Shown: positions 21,951 through 34,922 of the stretch, piece by piece
How the letters are laid out: each line of letters opens with the position of its first letter
Position numbering within the stretch: the first letter of the stretch is position 1
Assembly (NCBI RefSeq): GCF_006345805.1
Contig: NC_043003.1
Coordinates: forward strand, 92,318,001 to 92,382,000
Source of the DNA: Octopus sinensis
Lineage: Eukaryota
Length of the DNA: 64,000 bases
Direction: 5' to 3'
Made by a program: the position numbers and the translations under genes
The notes under the pieces: model-generated
What the model was told of the DNA's origin: nothing
The model's input: only the letters and a program-made list of their open reading frames with translations
Database searches by the model: none

Positions 21951-22356
21951 ATTTTGGTTCAACTGTGGCTTTGAAGATTTTACGTTTGAAATCTCTACTT
22001 GGATTTGATGACCAGATTTTATGCATATCATTATCATCATTAGGATATCTCCACAAGATCCTATCATGGGGATGTCTAGACTTGATCCCCATCAAAACCA
22101 CCAAAATAAGGAGGGCCTCTGTCAAGTTAAAACATAAGCTTAGAGCCAATAGAAGAGAATCTATGTAATCAGCTAGAAATAACAGAGAAGTTTCCCTCAA
22201 AATTGCACTACCACCATCTTGAAAAAAAAAAAAAATAAAGGACACATTTGACAATGTAGCTTTAGATAGACTATGACTGAAAAAAAGATGAGATGGTCAT
22301 AACCAGAACATCTTTCCTCAGAGTTTATCTGGTGTTAAATAACAACACAATCTTAC

Positions 22357-22490
22357 CATCCATCGCTGTCAGGGGCATTAACATCACAGCCAAACTCAAC
22401 CAAAAACTTCACAATATCATGGTGTCCTGCACATATGGCATTGTGCAGAGGAGTGATACCTTCCTCGTTAGATGCACTGGCATTTGATAC
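22357..22490 (-). CDS. ASPP: ASPP ankyrin exon
   Basis: [44 protein letters not shown](W). Acceptor gtttatccag, donor GTAAGA. Confidence 0.97.
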
Positions 22491-22654
22491 CTGGATAAAC
22501 AAATACAAATTAATAACAATTAATAACTTATTCAATTAAAGAAGACAAGGTAAAAGCTAAAAATGTCTGAGTAGGAAATAGTATTTAATACTGGTTTCAA
22601 ATTTTGGCACAAATCCAGCAATTCTGAGGAAGGGAGTACATTGATTACATCAAA

Positions 22655-22790
22655 TCCAGTGATCACTGGTACTAATTCTATCAAACCTGAAAAGATGAAG
22701 GGCAAAGTCAAACTCAGCAGAATCTGAACTCAGAACAGAGATGAATGAAATGCCGCTAACCATTTTGCCCGGCAAACTAACGATTCTGGC
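22655..22790 (-). mobile_element. SINE family B, diverged
   Basis: Reverse complement of gttctgagttcaaattc...gactttgcctttcatcctttc...gataaattaagtaccag. Confidence 0.7.
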
Positions 22791-23530
22791 AGTTCACAGA
22801 TTTAGTATCTCTTTAATATTAGTAAATTGTTTAAATTTGTCTAGTTATTAATCCTGTTCACTGTATTATCTTGTTTGATATATTTTCCATGTCAGGTCAT
22901 ATAATGGAGCAAATCACCCAGAAATAGCACTAGTTGTTCATAAATAAACCAATGTGAAAATTTGACAGGGTAGAACACCCCTGAAGATAGATAGCTGTGA
23001 TTATTATTATTATTATCATCATCATTAATATTAATAGACATACTCTGAAGATGTGTGACAGATTAAAGGAAGCTGGAGAGAGAGCAATGATTGTTAATAC
23101 ATGCACACAGGTAAAAAAAAAAAAAAATTTAATTCAAACATTCACAGAGACACAAATTTTAGTTTTGAAGAATTCCTGTTACTCTGTAGTTTTACAGTGT
23201 TTTGCTCAAATTATATCTAAAGAAAAATCTTTTGATAGTGTTTTTAATTGAACTCTTGAATAAATTCAATAGGTATCCATGTATCATACTTAATGTGTAT
23301 ACAGCAATGACAGGGAAGTAATTGCAGTTTTTATCCAACATAAAATTTAGGGAATGGCTGTGTGGCAAGACGCTTGCATCCCAACCACAAGGTTCTGCAT
23401 TCAGTCCCACAGCTTAGTAACTTGAGTGTCTTCTACTATAGCCTCAGGTCAACCAAAGCCTTGTGAGTGGATTTGATAGAGAGAAACTGTATATGTTATA
23501 TATATACATATGTTATATATATATATGTAT

Positions 23531-23583
<53 letters not shown>

Positions 23584-23605
23584 GTATATATATATATACA
23601 TATAC

Positions 23606-24150
23606 GTTAGTGAACACATAAAAAAATGTGCAGGTAACATCAAACCAAATTTTACAGTCTTCCCTTTCTACCAGTGCAAAGACACAATCTCTCAACTAGA
23701 ATGCTTAAATAGAGAAACTTTTTTCATTGAAAAATATAAAACATGTCTTAATATGCACGCATAACCAACTTTTCTATTTTTACATATTACATCACTGTTC
23801 ATAAATCCCTTTTTAAACTTGTCTCTTTTCTGTACACATATTTAATCCTCACCCATTAGCGAAAGCTGAACAGTTATCTCCCCTACACACAACAATAACA
23901 AAAATAACAACCAATTACCTCCCTTTATTTGTCTACTTGTGAAGTCATTCACTCGTGAATTTCATTACAAACAACATGGAGCAAATTTCTTCTTAAGAAA
24001 AAATATATATTCATATAAATTAAACATTATATCATGAATAGCGATTGCGAAACCGGTCGATATATTAAAAATTATATTAAAACCATGTAAGTGTGCGTAT
24101 TCTCCTTTTTTAATTTCTTATATACATTACAATCCACCACGTGGGGACAA
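23606..24150 (+). mobile_element. Penelope-like element 3' remnant (GIY-YIG C-terminus plus pLTR-like tail)
   Basis: VSEHIKKCAGNIKPNFTVFPFYQC...RETFFIEKYKTCLN resembles the end of PLE GIY-YIG domains. A decayed hammerhead lies at 24029-24063. Confidence 0.65.
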
Positions 24151-25353
24151 CCAAAATTCCTCTTTTCTGTTACTATATATATATATATATATATATATTA
24201 GATTCATTCATTTATATATATATATTATATATATTAGATTCATTCATTCATTTATATATATATATATATATATTATACAGGTTATATATATATGTTGGTT
24301 TGTTTATGACCCATTAACTTAGAGGTGGAGCAGAAGCAACCAAGAGAGTAAGTACTGGCCTTTGGAAATATTTGAACTAGGATTAATTCATTCCAACAAA
24401 AATTCTTCAAGTTGGTACCTCAGCCTGAATGCAGTCTAATGCGTAAAGAATTAAAAGATAAAAAATAAAAGACACTCTTAAGAAATGATATACTGAAGGG
24501 GAATTTTTATCTTCTTCCAATATTTTATATATATATTGTATTTTTAAACACAATATGAAGTTTTATCTTGGACAATAAATTGCAGTAACGTGCCTGTCCA
24601 ATGCTGTATATACATTGATACATAAATGGCTATTTTTATTTTATACCACTTCAATTGCATACACATGAAATTTGATAAAGTATTCTCATTTTTGTAATAT
24701 TGCTGTATGATCTAATAATAGAATTCTAACCTCTAATAGGAATTTAGAGTAAATGTAAGATAAAATGTATTCTTTAGTATATGATTTCTTCATTTGAAGA
24801 ACAAACAGCTGAGGGATCTTTTCCTCATCCTCTAGGAACCACACTACAACAGTTGTATAAGTCAGTGGGAAATATGATAGGATAATTACCCACCACAACA
24901 CCAACCAAAAATACCAAGCTAAAAATTACAAAAAACAAAAAAATATGGAGATATAAGTAGAAAAGGATTTTGTAAAGATGGGATGGGAGTTGGTTGATTG
25001 GATCATATTTAAGACAAGTTGGATGGTTGTTGTAGCTGCCATAGAATACATGCTCCCTGGCCCTCTCTAAGTTAACCACTACCATCAACCCTTATTAAGA
25101 AGGGAAATATTCATTAAGGCGGAAGCAACAGCAACATTCATGACTTTGTGGAATGAAGAGGAGAGGAAGAGAAACCATAGCTCTATGTTAAAGATGCATA
25201 TACTGAAAGCAGCTTCTTCAGATACATAAGCAGACATGACATATACATATGGATTAGATTACCAACTAAATTTTCTAGGTTTCCCTCAGCTGAGACATTG
25301 CTAGATTTAGTGAAGCTAAAAAGAAAAACACAATTGTTGTTATCATCATCCTC

Positions 25354-25385
<32 letters not shown>

Positions 25386-25404
25386 TATCATCATCATCAT
25401 CATC

Positions 25405-26804
25405 GAAGGTGGCGAGCTGGCAGAATTGTTAGCAGCTTGATAAAATGCAGTATTTCGCCCATCACTGTGTCCTGAGTTCAAATTCTGATGAGGTCAACTT
25501 TGCCTTTCATCCTTTTGAGGTTGATAAATTAAGTACCAGTGAAGCACTGGGGTCGATGTAATCGACTAGTCCCCTTTCAAGAAATTTCAGGTCTTGTGTC
25601 TTTAGTAGAAGGGATTATTACTATTATTATTATTATTTACCGAGGGCATATAGCCTAGTGGTTAGGATGTTGCACTCACAAACGCAGTTAGGGTGCTGCA
25701 CTCACAAATGCACTGTATTCTTGAGCAAAACACTTCATCTTAAGTTGCTCTGCGATCACTTCAACATCTGATGCATGGTACACTGCACTCGCTCAGACAA
25801 CATCAATTTGACAGAGCTAATGCATGGCACATACATTTGATCACCATGAACAAATCCTTTGAGCAAGTTATTTGGCAAAAAACTGAACACTCATATATCG
25901 TCTTCAACAAGATAGTCTATTATTATTATTATTATAAACATGGTGAACTGACAGAATTTTTAGCACACCAGGCAAAATGCTTTGTGGCATTTTGTCTGTC
26001 TTTATGTTCTCAGTTCAAATATAGCCGAGGTTGACTTTGCCTTTCATCCTTTCACGGTCAATAAAATAAGTACTAATTGTAATCTGGTGTTGATGCAATC
26101 AACTTACCCACTCATCCAAAATTGCTAGTCTTGTGCTGATATTTGAAATGATTATTAATATTGAGTGAACTAGCAGAACTGTTAGAGCATCAGAACAAAT
26201 GCTTTGTGAGATTTCTCCTGATTCTTTTATTCTAAGTTCAAATCCCATGAAGGCCAACTTTGCCTTCCATCCTTTTGGGATCAATAAAATCAAGTATCAG
26301 TTGATTACTGGGTTGATGGTATCAACTAACACCTTTTTTTTAACTTCTTTATAAGAAAAAAATATGCTGGCCTGATTTAGAAACAGTTATAAAGTGGCAA
26401 GCTGACAGTATTGTTAGAGCACAGAGAAAAAATATCTTCCAGCTTTCATTCTAGATCTTTATATTCTGAGTTCAAATCTTGCCAAAGTCAATTCTGTATT
26501 TCATCCACCCAGGGATAATAAAATAAGAACCAGTCAAGAACTAGGGTCAATGATACTGACCAACCCTCTTCCCTCAAAATTATTGGCCTTATGCCTAAAT
26601 TAGAAATAGTAATTATTATTAATTAGTGCAGTGACTGTAAGAATGGGTACAGAAATAAATAATGCATAACTACAGTATTAAAGCTAAACACCATGTTGCT
26701 TTTGTTCTGAGTTCTAGACCAACTTTTGCAAGTCATTCATATGGGAATCAATAAAATAAGTATCACAAACAGTCTCCTTTGAAAATGGTAGCCTTGTGTT
26801 GGTG

Positions 26805-26869
<65 letters not shown>

Positions 26870-27170
26870 TAGAGAGAGAGAGAAAGAAATAGAGAGAGAG
26901 AGAGAGAGGAAAAGCAGAGAGAAAGAGAGGCATAATCAGAATCTTCAAGACCTTGTTCCGAAATATCTCAGAATATCTGGATCATGAAAGAAATATTTCA
27001 AAATTCTGGGGCAGTGAGCTGGCAGAATCGTAAACATGGGCAAAATGCTTAGCATCATTTCATTTGCCTTTCATCCTTTTGGGGTCAATAAAATAAGTAC
27101 CAGCTGAACACTGGGGTTGATGTAATTAACTTATCCACTTCCTCAAATTGCTGGCCATGTGTCAAACTTT
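25405..27170 (+). mobile_element. Cluster of about five same-orientation SINE family B copies plus another tRNA-SINE relic
   Basis: The B core (ctttgcctttcatcctttt...ataaaataagtaccag) recurs at ~25500, 26035, 26255, 26490 and 27065. Confidence 0.75.
26812..26930. repeat. (GA)n microsatellite
   Basis: Direct reading. Confidence 0.95.
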
Positions 27171-27920
27171 GAAATTAATATTTTTATCCCTTATAGATTG
27201 AATAATTTTACTTTCAAAGTTTAAGTAGTAATCATATAAGGACTCAATGGGAAATATGCAACAACAACATAATAGTATAATGCAAATAAGTAAAATTATT
27301 ATTAATACTTATTATAAAAGAAAACATTATTGATACTTCTATTAGGTCAGCTTAAAGTATTTCTTAGCCCTATACCTGTCAAAAGCATTTTCATAAATTT
27401 GCTCTAAACATCAGGTGCCAGTGTCATGTAAAAAGCATCCATGCTGGTACCACATAAAAGCACCCGTGTGCCATGTAGAAAACACCCAGTACACCTCATA
27501 AGGACATGAAGCCTTAGAAACGATGCCAAAATAGACTATTGGAGTCTGGGAAGCTCTCTTGCAGGCCAGTTCCTGTCAAACTGTCCAACCCATGCCAGCA
27601 TGGAAAACAGATGCTACATGATGATGATGATGATCCATGCTTGTATTCAGACTTTTAGTTAGCCCTTGTTTCGTACATTCTGAGTAATAAACAGCTTTAC
27701 TTTCATAAATCCCAAATTACTGTAAAGGTTGAAAAAAAAATTAGGAATGGATACCAGGGAAATATGTGCTGTGTATCAATGTAATATACAGGACAAGCAA
27801 AGACTGAAGTATTTAACCTGGTCTTTCATAAGAATATAAATTTTTAGAATACAGTTAAATAATCAAAATGAAATACTAAGAAATGAAAGTGAGGATACAA
27901 TGCAGGTACTTATAACTTAC

Positions 27921-29750
27921 ACGATGTGCCGTTTCCATAACAAGTCCAAGTTCTCCTTCTAGTGATGCATCTAACAAAAGAGCAAGAGGATCGAAACATA
28001 CTCTTCTTGAGTGGCTTTTGGAACCATTGGTCTTTAAAAGAGACTTCTTGGGCAGGTTTTTAGTTGTTGGTCCTTTCAACTTGTTGCTTTTGGTATTATT
28101 GTTGCTACTATTTTGTTGGTTTCCATTGCTAACTCCAGAAGAATTGGAGGAGGAAGTTTGATTTACACTTTCCGGAATGTTTTCACCATTTATCTGCCAA
28201 TGTCGGTTATCATTAGACGAGGTGTAATCACTAGTATCAGGTTTGTATTGCGAAACTGCCGAAATGGAACTAGTGGACACCGACCGACTGGAATCAGCTG
28301 TTTTTTTCAAAGTCTTCACATACTCCTCATGCTCAAACTCAGAATGTTTTCTTCGCATATTCTTTGGAGTATTTGCTTTGAAACTCCCTTTATCAGATGC
28401 CAGATCTCGATGTGTTGGTGTTGAAGGAATCAAAGGAGAAATAGATTTTACTTTGTTTTGGAAACCAGATGATGTATGGTCAGTTTGTGAAACCTGACCT
28501 CCCTGATTACCATTCAGATGTGTACTTTCTGCATGGTGAAGAGAAGCCACATAATGATTCTCAGGCAAAGTGGGTCGTGTCATGTAGGTATTCTCAATAA
28601 CACTATTGGAAGCATACTGAGGTTTACTTGATGCTGTATTCACAGAATGAGTAAGGCCAGAATCAGATGTAATATTTTTAGAGGTGGATGTCATCAAAGT
28701 TGGCTTATCATTAGTTATTGTAGGTGATATTTGTGCATTTGGCTTGCTTTCTTTCATATCATCATAAGTTTCACTTTGAAGTAAATTGAAAGATTTTTTA
28801 TAATCTACAGAACCATTATACGTAGAGCCATTAACTGATGTAACTGGTAAATTATTATTTAGTTTTTTCTGTACACTATCAGTTGTGTCACAATTGTTTG
28901 ATTCTGGAGAACTATAGTGGAATTGCTTGGATGGAATAGTAGTATCTGCTTGGGTAAACTGCGGGCTGTTGCTTTTAGTAGAAGGCACAAAGTTACTTAA
29001 ATTCTGAACCATAATACCGTTCTGAGAGGTTTCACTAGTAGCAGGTGAACTTTGACCACTGCCATCTTGCCGCACTTCATCTGGGATGACATTGCTTTGT
29101 GACGAGTTGCTTCCTCGGCCAGACAACATTGATGTACTGTATGTACTTCCAAATGGTTTTGGAAGAAAGTTAGAAATATTTGCGGATAGCCGATTTGATG
29201 GGAATTTAGGAGGAGTATCATTATTCACTGAAGGACTTATCTGTTTTGTTTTAGTAGGATACTGGGAAGAGTTGCTGTTATTTCCATCATTGGTTGGAAA
29301 TTTATCAACTGACACAACCAAAGGGATTTGATAGTCTTCAATAACATCATCAGGTTTTGTTTTTTTGAAACCAGGAACAGGTGTTTCATTGATGGCTATA
29401 TTCTCTTGGTTGTTATATATATTATTAGGCAATGATTGATATTTCGGTTTCTCCTTGCTGAATGCCAGATCAGAATGCGTTTCATCAACTGATATATTTT
29501 GATGGCGAGGAGCGTGATGGTACGGTTCAACTGCAGCCACGTTACTGGCCGGTCGAACCTTGTTTTGCTGCCCAGCATTGTTAGATTTCTGATGCTGCTG
29601 CTGCAATTGTTGTGCTAAACGTTTCTTCAATCTCAACTGAAGTTCTGCTATCCGTTTATCCATCTGACTCACATCACGCCTCTTTTTCATTAACAAATCT
29701 TGCTGGTTGTTCATCTTGATGCTTTGTTGTTCATTCAGTTTATTGTGCAG
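27921..29750 (-). CDS. ASPP: ASPP large 1830-bp exon (end of coiled coil, S/N/T-rich linker, RVxF, start of ANK1)
   Basis: LHNKLNEQQ...MDKRIAELQLRLKK and SRRVCFDPLALLLDASLEGEL. Acceptor tactatatag, donor GTAAGT, phase 0/0. Confidence 0.96.
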
Positions 29751-29809
29751 CTATATAGTAAACAGAACATTAGAACAAATATTAGTTTAGTGAAAACAAG
29801 TAAAAGACG

Positions 29810-30090
29810 TATTTAGGAATGGTCATTTTGCCAGTTTAGCCAATAAAAACACATGCACTATATATTTGGTGTTACTTTGCTTCAGCGTTATTCATTTTTT
29901 ACATTAAACTTAATCTTATTTCGGCCAGAATTCTTTCGTCACACTCCTGTGACCGCATCAGTGGTCCTTTGCTTTCTTCTTTCTTATTTGTGTGTCTCTC
30001 CTTACTAAATGACGCTGAAGCAAAGTAACACCAAATATATAGTGCGTGTGTTTTTATTGGCTAAAGTGGCAAAATGACCATTCCTAAATA
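29810..30090. repeat. Inverted repeat: 83-bp arms (29810-29892, 30008-30090), ~115-nt spacer
   Basis: About 3 mismatches between arms by eye. The spacer holds a decayed hammerhead-like motif at 29921-29966 (minus). Confidence 0.93.
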
Positions 30091-31550
30091 CAACAATATC
30101 TGTTTCAACACACGATTTCACATCAAAAATCTTGCAAAACAAATATATAAATATAACAAGTAAAAGACATGTCTAAATAAATAACCAACTTCATACATAC
30201 AAGATATTCACCACATTTACAACTAGTTATAGTTACTAATAACAATAATAATAATTTCTAACATAAAAACAAGCAAAAGCAGTTTAGGACAGGGGTACAA
30301 ACATATTTAAATTGATCCCAGTACTTGATTAGTATTTATTAACTTCAAGATGAAAAACAAAGCTGACCGTAACAGGATTTGAACTCAGAAGTCACCATTG
30401 ATATTGTCATCATCATCATCCTCTTTGTCATCAACATTGTTTTAATGTCTACTTTTCCATGCTTCCATAGTTCAGACAGAATTTGTTGAGGCAGACTTTC
30501 TATGGCAGGATGTTCTTCTTGTGATCCACCATAACTTTTAGACCTCCATAACTTTTGATATGTTTCCTCTCGTTAAGGCGCCCTAGCATTCTGTACTTGA
30601 ATATTAGGTTTCCAAGTAAGGTAATATTTCACCAAGACTGGACATGTCACCACACAGTATAGTAAATGAAGAACACTGCTTGTATGACTGTGCTATTTGT
30701 TAAAAACCACCACGTAATATAAAGGGGTCTATCCATGTAAGGGTGGATAGACCCCTGTCTATCCACCCTTATGTGTGTGTATACACACTGACATATATAA
30801 TGGGCTCCTTTCAGTTTTTGTCAACTAAATCTGCTCACAAAGCTTTAGTCAGCCCAGAACTACAGTAGAAAACATTTGCCCAAAGTGCCATGCAGTGGGA
30901 TTGAACCTAAAACCGTTTTCTTGGGAAGCAAACTTCATAATCACACAGCATCCACCAAGGCATTCTGTCTATTGCTCTACTGCTTCTGGCAATAACACTT
31001 AAAGAGAGAACCTCTAAACTACATCTTTGAATTACACCTTACCATCACAAAGAAGGAAGGAGACACGTATCCAGGATACATTCCTACTTTAGTAAAGACA
31101 AAATGATGATGATTTGAGTATTTTTGGTCATAATTCTGATGAATCGGAATCAGAACTGACCTGGATCTAAACAAAAACATCAATTTTAAGTGTCAGTCTA
31201 AATATTTTGAAAGGTAGATTTACATAAGTGAATGTAAGAGATTTGATTTTGAAGAGATGAAAGGAAATGAATAGGCAGATTATAAGGTCCAGTGAAAAAA
31301 GAAGAATTCTTTCATATTTCATGTATTTTTGTTCTTGACTAGAGTCAAGTCAACCTTAGAGCTATGATGAAAGACAATCTCTTTTCAAGGAATATTTACA
31401 ACTACATTACCTATTGTATTTGTCATTCTCTTAAGATAATATAGTGTGTTTACAGAATGAGTTCATCTGAATCTTTAGCAAACTGAGAGGCAGCAGAGAG
31501 AAATGTCCTTTGGGTTTTAAGTGTACAACTTTAGTGTGGTGTATAAAGAG

Positions 31551-31584
<34 letters not shown>

Positions 31585-31586
<2 letters not shown>

Positions 31587-31968
31587 CCAGGCTATCAGAT
31601 GTTGCTACACATCGCTGGTCACAATGCGCTTTTCATTGTTTTAGCCTTCAAATGACTCTACCCGCTGGTTAAGCGAGCAGGCCAACAGAAGAAAGAGAAA
31701 AAGTTGTGGCGAAAGAGTACAAGCAGGGATCGCCACCATCCCCTGCTGGAGCCTCATGGAACTTTAGGTGCTTTCACTCAATAAACACTCACAATGCCCA
31801 GTCTGGTAATCGAAACTGCAATCCTACGACCGCAAGTCCGCTGCCCTAACCACTGGGCCACTGCGCCTCCACATATATATATATATATATATCTGTAAAA
31901 TAATATGTAAAATTTCCTCTATTTACATAATATTGAGGTCTCTTTCTTTTGTTATCTTACCGTTTTTA

Positions 31969-32000
<32 letters not shown>

Positions 32001-32786
32001 ACCAGGCTATCAGATGTTGCTACACATCGCTGGTCACAATGCGCTTTTCATTGTTTTAGCCTTCAAATGACTCTACCCGCTGGTTAAGCGAGCAGGCCAA
32101 CAGAAGAAAGAGAAAAAGTTGTGGCGAAAGAGTACAAGCAGGGATCGCCACCATCCCCTGCTGGAGCCTCGTGGAACTTTAGGTGCTTTCACTCAATAAA
32201 CACTCACAATGCCCAGTCTGGTAATCGAAACTGCAATCCTACGACCGCAAGTCCGCTGCCCTAACCACTGGGCCACTGCGCCTCCACATATATATATATA
32301 TATCTGTAAAATAATATGTAAAATTTCCTCTATTTACATAATATTGAGGTCTCTTTCTTTTGTTATCTTACCGTTTTTACTAATATATATATATATATAT
32401 ATATATAACCAGGCTATCAGATGTTGCTACACATCGCTGGTCACAATGCGCTTTTCATTGTTTTAGCCTTCAAATGACTCTACCCGCTGGTTAAGCGAGC
32501 AGGCCAACAGAAGAAAGAGAAAAAGTTGTGGCGAAAGAGTACAAGCAGGGATCGCCACCATCCCCTGCTGGAGCCTCGTGGAACTTTAGGTGCTTTCACT
32601 CAATAAACACTCACAATGCCCAGTCTGGTAATCGAAACTGCAATCCTACGACCGCAAGTCCGCTGCCCTAACCACTGGGCCACTGCGCCTCCACATATAT
32701 ATATATATATCTGTAAAATAATATGTAAAATTTCCTCTATTTACATAATATTGAGGTCTCTTTCTTTTGTTATCTTACCGTTTTTA

Positions 32787-32832
<46 letters not shown>
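31585..32832. repeat. Tandem triplication of a ~410-bp unit (minus-strand tRNA-SINE, (TA)n, 80-bp repeat fragment, (TA)n)
   Basis: Units start at 31585, 32000 and 32407 and are almost identical apart from TA length. SINE head on minus: tggaggcgcagtggcccagtggttagggc. Confidence 0.93.
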
Positions 32833-32836
<4 letters not shown>

Positions 32837-33271
32837 ATGGGTGTCTGAGAGTTGAAAAAAAGGCAAAAGGTTTTCATTCAACAAACTGACACCATCTTCG
32901 TTCTTTATTTCCTGGAAAATGCTAGGTAGTTTTCTCAAATACATATACAATTTAACGTCTAAGTACATCAACAAATACAGAAGACAACTCGTGACATGAC
33001 GATTGCAGCATCGAAGACACATGTTAGCCGTTCAGTAACACACAAATACTGTTAACTTCACTTAAATATTTGTTTGTAATATGGTGCTACAGTTTTTGTT
33101 GTGTGAAACTGAGAACTGGTCATTGACAACATTTCATTGCATCAAGTTACAAACAATAAATGCTTAAGTGAAGTTAATCTCTGAGTATTTTTGAATGACT
33201 AGCACATGTTGTTCATGCTGCACTTGTTTAGTTTCACCACATGGACTCAGATCAAATCACTTGCCAGGTAA

Positions 33272-33505
33272 GGTGGCGAGCTGGCAGAAACGTTAGTGCA
33301 CCGGGCGAAATGCTTAGCGGTATTTCGTCTGTCATTATGTTCTGAGTTCAAATTCCGTCAAGGTTGACTTTGCCTTTCATCCTTTCGGGGTCGATAAATT
33401 AAGTACCAGTTCCGCACTGGGGTCGATGTAATCGACTTAATACCTGTGTCTGTCATTGTTTGTCCCCTCTATGTTTAGCCACTTGTGAGTAATAAAGAAA
33501 TAGGT
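33272..33505 (+). mobile_element. SINE family B, full length
   Basis: ggtggcgagctggcagaaacgttag...gttctgagttcaaattcc...cctttcggggtcgataaattaagtaccag...taaagaaata. Confidence 0.85.
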
Positions 33506-33651
33506 AAGTAGACCTCCATAACTTTTTATATGTTTCCTCTCGTTAAGGCTCCCTAGCATTCTGTACTTGAATATTAGGTTGTGACCCACCCATCAAACAG
33601 GGATTAATTCTATAAAGCAAAACTTGCAGAAAAGTAAAATATTTAACTTAC

Positions 33652-33851
33652 CGCCAATTTCTTCCGTAGTTTGTCCAGTTCAATGGCAGCCATGGCGTTG
33701 GGGTGATCTGGATTGATCTTACCATTTATTGTAAATGCCCCAATTCGTATCTGCTCAAGCTGTTTTGTTAACTGCTCCACCTTGGCCACAGCCAAAGCTA
33801 ATTCTTTTTCTTTCTCAGTGAATAGAATTTTTATGGATTCCAGTTCAGAAT
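33652..33851 (-). CDS. ASPP: ASPP coiled-coil exon
   Basis: (N)SELESIKILFTEKEKELALAVAKVEQLTKQLEQIR...IELDKLRKKLA. Acceptor tgtcttcag with an upstream CACTGAT branch-like motif, donor GTAAGT. Confidence 0.93.
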
Positions 33852-34071
33852 CTGAAGACATAAATCAGTGGTTGTTATTTACAAGAATCACTTATAATGC
33901 AGTTTCAAAACATAGTTTCAAAACTTCAGTTAATGTTATCAATATTCTCATTATACAGTGAAAATAATTTGGAAAAGTGGTTGTTCCCAACAAATGCTCT
34001 CTCTCTCATCACATTAATGATGTCCTTTTAACTACCACACACAACACAGTAATTGTTCTTTTACACAGGAA

Positions 34072-34365
34072 CTAACAGTATTGCCCGGCGTTGCTCGGGT
34101 TTGTAAGGGAAATAACTATATAAGCATTTTTAGAGTTACTTCCCTTATATAAACCGAGCAAAAATGCATTAAAAATGTGAAAAAATGATGGTAAATTTTT
34201 TTATCATCGTAGACGCGTGCTAATACCCAGAAGGGCTCAATATGAACCACAACAATAAGATACCCGCTTTTGGTTAAACTGCACCGCAAAATGTGGGAGT
34301 AGTTAGGAATCTATATCGGAGGAGACAGACTCTCACACGCACAACTTAAGTTTTATATATAAAGA
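34072..34365 (-). mobile_element. Non-autonomous Helitron, copy 3
   Basis: Homologous to copies 1 and 2. The terminal CTAG has one substitution. Confidence 0.82.
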
Positions 34366-34885
34366 TTAGTGGGTGATGGATAGATGGATGGATGGATAGA
34401 TAGATAGATGGCTACATGGATGGGCATAAGGATGATGGGTGGATGGATTATTGGACAGCTAGGTGGGTCAATGTGGGTGGATAAATAGAGGAAAGAAAGA
34501 GGAGACAAAAAAAAGAGAGAGCTAAGCTGCACATCATTGCTAAATGAGATATTATAATACGAAAGGTAACTGCTTCACATCTAAAACAGAGAAGTAAGAA
34601 GAAGTAAAAACTTATGTAAATTGATATTAGTAATTAGTAGCTACATGACTAAACAATATAATACTGTTAAGCCAGTTTCACTAACTGAATAAGTAGAAGC
34701 TGATGAGATGATCGAATGAATATTTGATTACATAACAAAACTCAATAATTCTCACACTACTTTTTATTTTTTATTACATTGTGAACTGTTGTAGGTTTCC
34801 AACTATATTTCTAATATTATCAAAGGTAAGGGGCTTTTTGACAAATATAACATAAGTAATGTATATTGAAAAGCCTTAGTCTTTA

Positions 34886-34922
<37 letters not shown>

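Noticed and set aside
27876-27920. Read-through of the large-exon donor giving an ANK/SH3-less isoform
   Set aside because: A 14-codon open frame into the intron is expected by chance. The donor is a consensus GTAAGT and nothing in the sequence supports retention.
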